32,000 nt of DNA from Opitutales bacterium (GTDB lineage: Bacteria > Verrucomicrobiota > Verrucomicrobiia > Opitutales > PNEW01), in the NCBI GenBank assembly GCA_965219535.1, contig CBDCNV010000001.1, forward strand, positions 720,001-752,000, in the 5' to 3' direction. The translations under genes and the position numbers were made by a program. This document shows positions 25,015 to 32,000 of the stretch, piece after piece (position 1 is the stretch's first letter; each line of letters starts with the position of its first letter). Below the pieces are notes generated by a model. It was not told where the DNA came from. It was given only the letters and a program-made list of their open reading frames with translations, and ran no database searches.

Positions 25015-25032
25015 CCGTTGCTTATTTTCACA

Positions 25033-28000
25033 ATGAACTGCTTCATAAGATCGATAATATCCACGTTTTCAAAACATTGGGATCATTGGAGAATACCCTG
25101 TATTTCAATATTAATTGCGTTTACAGGATTAATACAGGGATTAAATGCGGCAAACCCTAGTGCCAGTCTGTCGGTCAGCAAGAGTAGACCTAAACGTGGT
25201 GAAACAATTACACTTTCCGGAAATTATAGGGATAGTGATGGAAATCTAAAAGCGGCTACTATCCGTAATCTGGGATCCGGAAATAAATCAGGCTCTATGA
25301 GTGCTTTTCCCAGCATTGGTGCTGCTGGTGAAAGATTATCAGGAAGTAGAGATTCAATCTCACGAAGATTTACCATCCCCAGAGGAGCGAAACTCGGTAC
25401 TTACACTTTTCGCACTGAAGTAGTAGATAAAACATCAGGTTCTGCTATTAGATGGAGAACCGTTAGTGTCCAAAATAATAAGCCTACGGTCAGTATATCC
25501 GTTTCCAAAACCACGATTACTGAAGGAGGATCGGTTACAGCAACTGCATCGGCACGTGATTCAGACGGATCGATTAAACAGGTATCTTTTTTTAGGGATG
25601 GATTATTACACAAGACAGATAAAAGTGCTCCCTACAATTATACTTACCGACCTGCAGGTGTAGGAAAACACAGGTTTCAGGCCTCTGCAGTGGATAATGA
25701 GGGACAGTCTAGAAATTCTAATGTTGTTTATGTTAATGTGAATCCAAAGCCCAATGCAAATCCTGTTGCTGCACTATCTGCACCCAGTAATCCCATGCGG
25801 GGAGAAACTATTTCCCTCATTGGAAGTTACACAGATATAGACGGTAATCTCTCCTCTGCCACCATTCGCGATCTAGGATCGGGACAAAATTCTGGAAATA
25901 GAGGAACATTCCCAAGTATCGGATCTGCCGGAGAATCTATTTCAGGTGGATCAGATTCCATTCAACGGAATTTTACCATCCCAGTAGAAATCCCACTTGG
26001 AATATATACTTTTCGGACTGAAGTTGTGGATACAAAATCAGGCTCAGATATTAAATGGAATTCTACTAACGTCATAAATAATAAACCTAGTGTGAGTTTA
26101 TCCCTTTCAAAGACAACGATCACAGAGGGTGGTTCAGTAACCGCAAGAGCGACAGCAAGTGACATAGATGGGGCGATTAATAGGGTGTCATTTTTCCGTG
26201 ATAACTTTTTACAGGCTGTCGATACAACGGCTCCATTTAATTATACTTATACTCCTCAGGGAACGGGCTCACGAAAATTTCAAGCTTCTGCTTTTGACAA
26301 TGATGAAGGGAGTTCTACTTCCAATATTGTAACCCTTATAGTAAACCCACGGCCAAACCTACCGCCCGTAGCTTCTCTTTCTGTGGACAATTTAACCCCT
26401 GAAGCAGGGGAACAAATTACAATAACGGGAAGCTATTCGGATGCAGATGGCAATCTCCAAGCTGCTACCATACGTGATCTAGGTTCAGGGGATCTTTCCG
26501 GAGACATAAGTGATTTTCCTAGTATCGGTGCTGCAGGCGAGTCGGTAACCGGTAGTAGTGATTCTATACAACGCAATTTTACTATCCCAGTTGGAACACC
26601 AAACGGACCTTATATATTCAGAACCGAAGTAACAGATTCCGAAGGAGCTAGTGATATTGTATGGACGATGGTTAACGTCAGCACTATTCCGCCCGTGATT
26701 ACTTTAAGTATTCCTTCAACAGCTTTTGAAGGAAGTACTGTTCCCGTGGAAATTACAGCTACTGGGTCCAGCTGGAATATTGAAGATATTATAATATACC
26801 ACAACGGGAACAATGTTGGAAACTTCTCTAATCTCCCTGCGCAATACAGTTACACTAACGCAGCACTCGGAACACATAGTTTTCAAGCTACTGTAATTAA
26901 GAAATTCAATAAGAGCGTTTCCTCAAACACCGAAAATTTAACCGTCACTGCGGCACCGCTTGTCAGTATATCGAGCTCATCGCCAGCAACAACCCTGAAT
27001 AACGCTGTAATTTTGAATGTTGATGTTAGTAAAGGTTCTGTTGACAAAGTTAAACTCTATCGTGGGGGGAACCTTGTTAGCATAGACACCTCTTTACCCT
27101 ATTCATTTACGGACACACCTTTTACTGTCGGCATTTACGATTATTTTGCTCGGGTTGTTTTTACCGATGGAAGTATAGTCGAATCTAGCTCGATAAATAT
27201 CGAAGTTGTCGACAATGAAAATGAAATTTGGTCGGACTTCAATAATGATGGCTATTTAGACTTGGAACTTGCGGTTATGGAAAAGCCGATTCTATTGGGA
27301 ACTTCAGGTTCGCTCTTAATAAACGGTGTTGAACTTAGAATAGACGAAGTTCCATTAGATGTATTTGACCCTAATACAGGAAATATAGGAATAGAAATTG
27401 TTCCTCTTACAACTGTTGGTTTTGATATACAGCAGGGTTACACTTACAGAGTGCAATACCAGGATGTATTAGATCCAATCTCTCCCTGGATAGATTGGAG
27501 CCCTGCTTTACCCCAAGCAGGTGGATCTGAAAATAGGATTCTATGGTGTGACTATGAAAACTTATGGGTTAACTGGAGCAATATACCAGATTTTTTCCGA
27601 GCTATCAGATTAGGTGGACCTTCTTCTGTTATCGGTCAACCGTTATCAGCGGACATTAACGGCGATGGCAAAGATGAAATTATTAACGAGGTAACTGCAG
27701 GAGCATTATCAATAACTGGTGATCTCGTAGATATCATTGTTTCACTACCGATAAGTATAACTGGTCATCAATATCGACTGCAAATATGTGTCGGTGATGA
27801 AGCATGGGCTGATGTTATTGGAGTAAGTCCTGTAATAGGGAACGGTGGAACAGTATCCATATCCACCGAAATTCAATCAGACATACTGGCAATCTCGAAG
27901 TTTCGATTTGTTAATTACGATGTTGCCGTTCCAAAAGTTGAATTCGACGACCCGGAAAAAGTGAATAAGAAAAACATTGCAACAGTCCTCCCTTGGCCAG

Positions 28001-28791
28001 TAGCCAAATCGGCATCCCTAATTTGGGATCCATCGCAAACAGTCGATTTGGCTTATTATCTAACTCCAGACTCCGATGAATCTAATATAGACTGGAAAGT
28101 AAATGACAATGTTGTAGGATCCAGTGTTTATAATTACGGATTTGAACCCTTAAGTGATGAAATTAATGAATTTAATATCGAAGCGGTACATCTAAATGAT
28201 GATAAAATATTTGATAGAATGATATTAGTAATTATTCCACGATCAACACCTACAAAGTATAATAATTGGGTGAATGATAATGTGGATATTAGTTGGATCA
28301 ATGATCTACCTGCAGTGTATTCTACTCTCGCTACAAATAGTGTTGATCCAGAACCGGATATTACTGTTTGTAATCCACAAAGATGGCAATCGGTTGATTC
28401 TCTTGATAAAGAATATCATCCCTTTGCCTCTTACGAGATGCGTTCCGAGAATATTAACGGTCATGGTCACCAAGCCTGTTATAATATAAATGGAAACTTG
28501 ATTGTTGATGGGGTATCTGCAGGAACAGCTGACTTTAGTCATCCTGATAATTTTATATTATCGCCCACCCACTTAGAAGCAGATGTTAGACCATTTATAT
28601 GGGCAGCGCAACTGGACGGAAATCCCGTTCAAGGTACACCTGGACCCACTTCAGCACCAAATGATCTTTCTCATCCTATAATGTACCAAGGTCACCCAGG
28701 TTCAAAATTGGATACTTATTTAGCGCTTCGGCCCATCTACGCGGATAACCCCGTTATTGAAGGAAATTGTGTGCCAGTTCCAATTGATTGA
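25033..28791 (+). CDS. Large secreted/surface protein with tandem Ig-like modules and an uncharacterised Cys/His-containing C-terminal module
   Basis: The ATG at 25033 lies 18 nt after the previous stop; the track ORF starts at a TTG at 25018. A signal-like segment (ISILIAFTGLIQGLNA/ANPS) is present. Three bi-domain units of about 200 aa follow, plus a fourth Ig-like domain of the (V)xF(F/Y)xDG...D..APY.Y.Y....G.H.F.A.A.DN type (Big_7-like). Also present are DINGDGKDEIINE (FG-GAP/Ca-loop-like) and a C-terminal region with YHPFASYEMRSE, GHGHQACYNING and RPFIWAAQLDG. Confidence 0.75.
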   Translation: MNCFIRSIISTFSKHWDHWRIPCISILIAFTGLIQGLNAANPSASLSVSKSRPKRGETITLSGNYRDSDGNLKAATIRNLGSGNKSGSMSAFPSIGAAGERLSGSRDSISRRFTIPRGAKLGTYTFRTEVVDKTSGSAIRWRTVSVQNNKPTVSISVSKTTITEGGSVTATASARDSDGSIKQVSFFRDGLLHKTDKSAPYNYTYRPAGVGKHRFQASAVDNEGQSRNSNVVYVNVNPKPNANPVAALSAPSNPMRGETISLIGSYTDIDGNLSSATIRDLGSGQNSGNRGTFPSIGSAGESISGGSDSIQRNFTIPVEIPLGIYTFRTEVVDTKSGSDIKWNSTNVINNKPSVSLSLSKTTITEGGSVTARATASDIDGAINRVSFFRDNFLQAVDTTAPFNYTYTPQGTGSRKFQASAFDNDEGSSTSNIVTLIVNPRPNLPPVASLSVDNLTPEAGEQITITGSYSDADGNLQAATIRDLGSGDLSGDISDFPSIGAAGESVTGSSDSIQRNFTIPVGTPNGPYIFRTEVTDSEGASDIVWTMVNVSTIPPVITLSIPSTAFEGSTVPVEITATGSSWNIEDIIIYHNGNNVGNFSNLPAQYSYTNAALGTHSFQATVIKKFNKSVSSNTENLTVTAAPLVSISSSSPATTLNNAVILNVDVSKGSVDKVKLYRGGNLVSIDTSLPYSFTDTPFTVGIYDYFARVVFTDGSIVESSSINIEVVDNENEIWSDFNNDGYLDLELAVMEKPILLGTSGSLLINGVELRIDEVPLDVFDPNTGNIGIEIVPLTTVGFDIQQGYTYRVQYQDVLDPISPWIDWSPALPQAGGSENRILWCDYENLWVNWSNIPDFFRAIRLGGPSSVIGQPLSADINGDGKDEIINEVTAGALSITGDLVDIIVSLPISITGHQYRLQICVGDEAWADVIGVSPVIGNGGTVSISTEIQSDILAISKFRFVNYDVAVPKVEFDDPEKVNKKNIATVLPWPVAKSASLIWDPSQTVDLAYYLTPDSDESNIDWKVNDNVVGSSVYNYGFEPLSDEINEFNIEAVHLNDDKIFDRMILVIIPRSTPTKYNNWVNDNVDISWINDLPAVYSTLATNSVDPEPDITVCNPQRWQSVDSLDKEYHPFASYEMRSENINGHGHQACYNINGNLIVDGVSAGTADFSHPDNFILSPTHLEADVRPFIWAAQLDGNPVQGTPGPTSAPNDLSHPIMYQGHPGSKLDTYLALRPIYADNPVIEGNCVPVPID
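25150..26958 (+). repeat. Three tandem coding repeats of about 600 nt (25150-25755, 25756-26358, 26359-26958)
   Basis: Each unit begins (A/L)-N/P-P-x-A-x-LS. Each contains RGETI(T/S)L.G.Y.D.DGNL..ATIR(N/D)LGSG...FPSIG(A/S)AGE...DSI.R.FTIP...G.YTFRTEVVD, followed by NNKP(T/S)VS(I/L)S.SKTTITEGGSVTA.A.A.D.DG.I..VSFFRD. Units 1 and 2 are clearly closer to each other than to unit 3. The similarity is at protein level; the DNA has diverged. Confidence 0.85.
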
Positions 28792-28814
28792 GGCTTTTAA
28801 AATGATCTATTCGT

Positions 28815-29687
28815 ATGAAAATCAGTAGAAAAATCTCTTTTTTTTATGGAGTAGGCGCAGTCATTATTCTCGTCGTAACTGCCTATCTTATATTTTGGGT
28901 TTATAAAAAAGAGGATGGGTATCACGTTAATAATATAATGGCCAAAACTGAATCAATTCCTAACGAAGAATCACGAAATGTTATAAGTGATATTAACCTG
29001 ATGAATCCCATCTATGTAAAAATTGCTAATACAGATTTTCCCGTTGTTGTAGAAGATGGCAACTATTCAGAGGAATTAATAAATACAGCTCTTGATGATA
29101 TCAATTTGGTCTACTCTCAATTAAAGGAATACTACATTGGATATAGTACCAATAAAAAGAGCTTTCAAATAAACGGTAATACAATTCAAACTAATGTTTC
29201 TTTTAACAGAGGAAATCAGGATCTATATGGGCCTCGAATATTTTCAGAATCTAACTTTGGCTATCTACTAGAAGTTAATGGTAATCATCAGCTTATTCTT
29301 TCTAATTCATTAATGAATGAATATCAAAAAGCATTGCTATTTAAAGAATCGAATATAGAGGAAATTATAAAACTCGATAGCTTTATTCAATATATAAACC
29401 AGCTTGAAAATATAGGTAGTTTAAGCGACGTCGAAGTAAAGGATCTCTTTTATTTTATAACTCCTCACTTAACTTCAATTAAAATAGAGAAATTAAGAGA
29501 AAACGCAGAAATGCTTGTACACTACAAAATTCGAGAGCCTAGTATTTTAGAATTTTATTATTTGAATCCAAATGATGATAATAAGATACTAGTAAGTGAA
29601 ACCCTATTTTTAAATCGGGAGAGTAACGAAGTAATAAGTGAAACCAATTTAGGGTATGTAGACTCGAAATGGCAACTTATATATTGA
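28815..29687 (+). CDS. Membrane-anchored hypothetical protein (ORFan), very AT-rich
   Basis: 290-aa ORF starting 23 nt after the giant gene's stop. It has one N-terminal TM helix (ISFFYGVGAVIILVVTAYLIFWVY). The composition is Asn/Ile/Lys/Glu-rich with no motif I recognise. One 60-nt line counted by hand (29281-29340) has 15 G+C. Confidence 0.6.
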   Translation: MKISRKISFFYGVGAVIILVVTAYLIFWVYKKEDGYHVNNIMAKTESIPNEESRNVISDINLMNPIYVKIANTDFPVVVEDGNYSEELINTALDDINLVYSQLKEYYIGYSTNKKSFQINGNTIQTNVSFNRGNQDLYGPRIFSESNFGYLLEVNGNHQLILSNSLMNEYQKALLFKESNIEEIIKLDSFIQYINQLENIGSLSDVEVKDLFYFITPHLTSIKIEKLRENAEMLVHYKIREPSILEFYYLNPNDDNKILVSETLFLNRESNEVISETNLGYVDSKWQLIY

Positions 29688-29807
29688 TACTACTTGACCC
29701 CTTTTATGTACCATCTCTACTTCAGCGAAGATGCTAGGAACCATCTCGTTAAAGAGAGTGGTCAGCCGCCGTCGTTCTGCAATAGCCTAACTATGGGGAA
29801 ATAGATC

Positions 29808-29993
29808 GGGTCATGTCTTGACTATTGACTATATACTGCTGCGATAATTTCTAATTTGCATGGTACGTTAATTACACCCATAGCAGGGGGTCAACCGGCA
29901 AGCGCAAGTCAGTTTGTGAAGCGAATGGAGTTGAAAAGAGGCGAGTTGTGGAAGAAGAGAGAAAAGATATTGTCAAGAGTCAAGACATGACCC
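29808..29993. repeat. 22-nt terminal inverted repeats enclosing 142 nt (MITE-like element or long-stem structured RNA)
   Basis: The left arm (29808-29829) is gggtcatgtcttgactattgac. The reverse complement of the right arm (29972-29993) is gggtcatgtcttgactcttgac, giving 21 of 22 matches. The element lies in the gap between convergent genes at the edge of the AT-rich block. No flanking target-site duplication is obvious. Confidence 0.6.
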
Positions 29994-30032
29994 CATTTTA
30001 TTACCTTTTATAACAAAAGTGAATAACTTACA

Positions 30033-31316
30033 CTATTGTTCTGCATGGCTAATGGAATCTGGATCTCCAAGTTCTTTGAGTAGCTCGTACTGGGGCTCGT
30101 TCCCCTGATCTCGACTAGTAAAAAAATTGAACATCAGGATGCCATCCACACCATCTAAGTAAAGCTGCTCAGCTATTTTCTTATAATTTGCGACTTCGCG
30201 TTCAACTTCTATAGAAGCATATAGCGGCAAGTCGTCTGGAAGTAGTCCACGATACTCTCGGACTGGTAGTGGAAAATTGTTGTGGAGGTAGTGTGATACC
30301 ACCAAGAAATCCACGAGACCTTCTTGTGCCCAGGTGATTGGGTCAAGACCGATCCCAACATTCTGTTCCGGACGTGCCATGATGCGAGCCGAAAGGAGAA
30401 GAGGCCGTCCACTTTTCTCAGCCACCTCTAAACTCATGTCGCGAACCTCTCGCATCCAGTTGGTCATGGTTGGCAAGTATTTCCCCTCTTCTCCATATTT
30501 GAAGAATACAGGAAATCGTTGGAAATCAAGTTCGAGACCATCGATATCGTATCGTTCTAAACACTCTCGCAATTGATCGAGTCGGCGTTGCCGAACTTCG
30601 GGTATCGCAAAATTTAACCCACCTGCAAGCCATTTCCCGACGATTGGATTCGTGCGAGGCCCAAGAATCTCGGTGTGTAGATTGCTAAGCGCATCTCCCT
30701 GTTTTCCGACGCGCCAATCTGCGTGCTCTCTCCAAAAATGTGAAATTATCAATTGCTGAGAAAACCCTTCTGGATTGTCCGCCCCATGCACTTCGTTGAC
30801 GCGAAAGGAAATAAACACCTCCATGCCCATTTTTTTTGCGCGCTCAATGATTATTTGTAATGGATCATGACCCATGTCGACTAAAGTTTTGAGATTAACG
30901 GCTGCCCTAGTGGTCCCTGGTTTCTTAGAGGCCTCGTCCTTAATCCGGTTCCTTATAGATGGTTCTTCTTCGTCGCCGAGCATTCGCGCATGTTTGCTTG
31001 GAAAGTTCATTACCATTCCAACGTTTGGTGATATGCAAAACGTTGTGACGCCAGCATTCGCAACAGCATCGATATCGCTATGGAGATCTTCGGGCTTCAT
31101 CGGTGGGCGCTGAGCAACAAACATGTTGCCGGCATCGCTGTTGTAGATGAAGCGTCGCTGCTGAGATGAGTCATCTGCCCATGCAGATGAGCGTACGATG
31201 CCTGACAAAAGGATAGCTATAATCAAACAAAAACCAGTAATGGTTGGGTAATACCGAAAGACATACAGGACAAATTTACTTTTGGTGACATTTATCAATG
31301 CAATTTTCCTTCTCAA
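30033..31316 (-). CDS. Secreted TIM-barrel glycoside-hydrolase-like protein (uncharacterised family)
   Basis: 427-aa ORF with a signal/anchor segment (ITGFCLIIAILLSGIVRSSAWA). RFIYNSDAGNMF, MEVFISFRVNEVHG, IDGLELDFQRFP and DFLVVSHYL suggest alternating beta-strand/acid residues of a (beta/alpha)8 hydrolase. The function is a guess. Confidence 0.5.
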   Translation of the reverse strand: MRRKIALINVTKSKFVLYVFRYYPTITGFCLIIAILLSGIVRSSAWADDSSQQRRFIYNSDAGNMFVAQRPPMKPEDLHSDIDAVANAGVTTFCISPNVGMVMNFPSKHARMLGDEEEPSIRNRIKDEASKKPGTTRAAVNLKTLVDMGHDPLQIIIERAKKMGMEVFISFRVNEVHGADNPEGFSQQLIISHFWREHADWRVGKQGDALSNLHTEILGPRTNPIVGKWLAGGLNFAIPEVRQRRLDQLRECLERYDIDGLELDFQRFPVFFKYGEEGKYLPTMTNWMREVRDMSLEVAEKSGRPLLLSARIMARPEQNVGIGLDPITWAQEGLVDFLVVSHYLHNNFPLPVREYRGLLPDDLPLYASIEVEREVANYKKIAEQLYLDGVDGILMFNFFTSRDQGNEPQYELLKELGDPDSISHAEQ

Positions 31317-31648
31317 TCAATCCAATAAATGTCCGTTTGAGCCTTAACGGCTATGGTAGCGTCCGCGTTGATTCAATGGAGGACCGGGGTTCTTGAGAGA
31401 TGTGATAGCGAGCCGTCCTTACTGACAGGCCATATACCCACTTTAAGACCCAAAAAGACAAGGGCAATCATCAAAATAATATAAATCTCAAATATTCGTA
31501 TCACCTTTGTTGCAGCACAGAAATAAATTTGTCAGCTGAGTTAAGCAAGGAAAATTTGTGAGAAGAATCTCAACTTTGGAACTCGCGGAATAGTAAGAAA
31601 TGAAAGCTCTTTTGCGTCAGCACGGAGCTTGTTAAAGCAAGTAACTTA

Positions 31649-31885
31649 TTACTTCTTCACTCCTAAACCATCCAGGACCTGTTTAGACATTTTACAGATC
31701 ATGGTATAAGCTGGATCGTAAACATTCCCCATGTCATATTCTACCACTTGTCCCATAAGAATGTGCGCGGATCGTGTGCTGAGGCCATAATCTTCCTCAA
31801 ACCAACGCACCATTTCAGTCGTCGCGTGTTCGACGCATTGATCAAGAGGGCAGGCAGGAAGAATAGTGTATGTGTGTGAGTTTTT
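31649..31885 (-). pseudogene. 5'-truncated remnant of an acetamidase/formamidase (FmdA/AmdA family) gene, C-terminal ~70 codons only
   Basis: My own minus-strand translation gives an open frame of 78 codons ending at TAA (31651-31649): KNSHTYTILPACPLDQCVEHATTEMVRWFEEDYGLSTRSAHILMGQVVEYDMGNVYDPAYTMICKMSKQVLDGLGVKK. The pattern matches the C-terminal helix/strand region of FmdA_AmdA proteins as I recall it. An in-frame stop at 31886-31888 and AT-rich non-coding DNA lie upstream. The only in-frame Met leaves 54 aa, which is why the ORF is absent from the track. Confidence 0.45.
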
Positions 31886-32000
31886 TCATCAATCCTCGTC
31901 TTCGTCCTCTTTGGCTTTTAGCTATATCTATAAACGTATATTTTATAATATTACTTTTGTTCTATTTCGTAAGTACTAACAGGGACAAAGAAGCAGACGC

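Noticed and set aside
24116-28542. Antisense and out-of-frame ORFs of 65-78 aa within the two large secreted-protein genes
   Set aside because: They are nested in long ORFs with clear repeat and domain structure, so they are shadow frames.
29706-29804. 32-codon ORF MYHLYFSEDARNHLVKESGQPPSFCNSLTMGK, whose start is faintly reminiscent of RelE/ParE-type toxin N-termini
   Set aside because: It is far too short, has no partner antitoxin ORF, and the resemblance covers only a few residues. It could be a remnant but is not supportable.
31373-31504. Minus-strand mini-ORF (32 aa from ATG 31471 or 43 aa from GTG 31504) encoding a hydrophobic peptide (IYIILMIALVFLGLKVGIW...)
   Set aside because: It has no ribosome-binding site or conservation evidence. 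It lies in the likely promoter region of the 30033-31316 gene and cannot be distinguished from chance.

Overview
This is a 32-kb chromosomal window from a Gram-negative (diderm) bacterium. I count about 27 credible protein genes and saw no rRNA, tRNA, CRISPR array, transposase or integrase. All family calls rest on motifs read by eye from the ORF translations; no database or HMM search was possible. Base composition is visibly uneven: the TonB receptor gene is GC-rich, while 23.3-29.7 kb, especially 28.8-29.7 kb, is AT-rich. The gene content (giant LamG/Ig-like secreted proteins, sulfotransferase, TPR protein, weak Shine-Dalgarno sites) is reminiscent of marine PVC-group bacteria, but that is only an impression. 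Layout: (1) 52-5746, minus strand: a TonB-dependent receptor followed by a complete lanthanide-type PQQ methanol dehydrogenase cluster, xoxF-xoxJ-xoxG. (2) 5.9-13.3 kb: mixed genes, namely a PhnZ-like HD protein, DUF4242, a membrane-anchored TPR protein, an unknown polytopic membrane protein, a CBS protein, a Udh-like SDR, a receiver-only response regulator, an RraA-like protein and a metallophosphoesterase. (3) 13.4-17.3 kb, the most unusual part: a tight three-gene array (A-B-A') of signal-peptide-bearing DUF4139/MuiA-like paralogues. A and A' are a 2.53-kb direct duplication that matches nearly everywhere except the signal peptide and a fully replaced cassette of about 38 codons, which is Met-rich in A and charged in A'. 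Nucleotide identity along the pair is mosaic, which suggests gene conversion. (4) 17.6-22.8 kb: NupC nucleoside transporter, CBS protein, FkbM methyltransferase, sulfotransferase, MscS channel. (5) 22.9-29.7 kb, an AT-rich block: a single-domain AraC/SoxS-like regulator, a 548-aa LamG/TSP3-like secreted protein, a roughly 1250-aa Ig-repeat protein with an uncharacterised Cys/His C-terminal module, and a very AT-rich membrane-anchored ORFan. The block ends at a 22-nt inverted-repeat element. (6) Right end: a TIM-barrel hydrolase-like gene and a 5'-truncated acetamidase/formamidase remnant.
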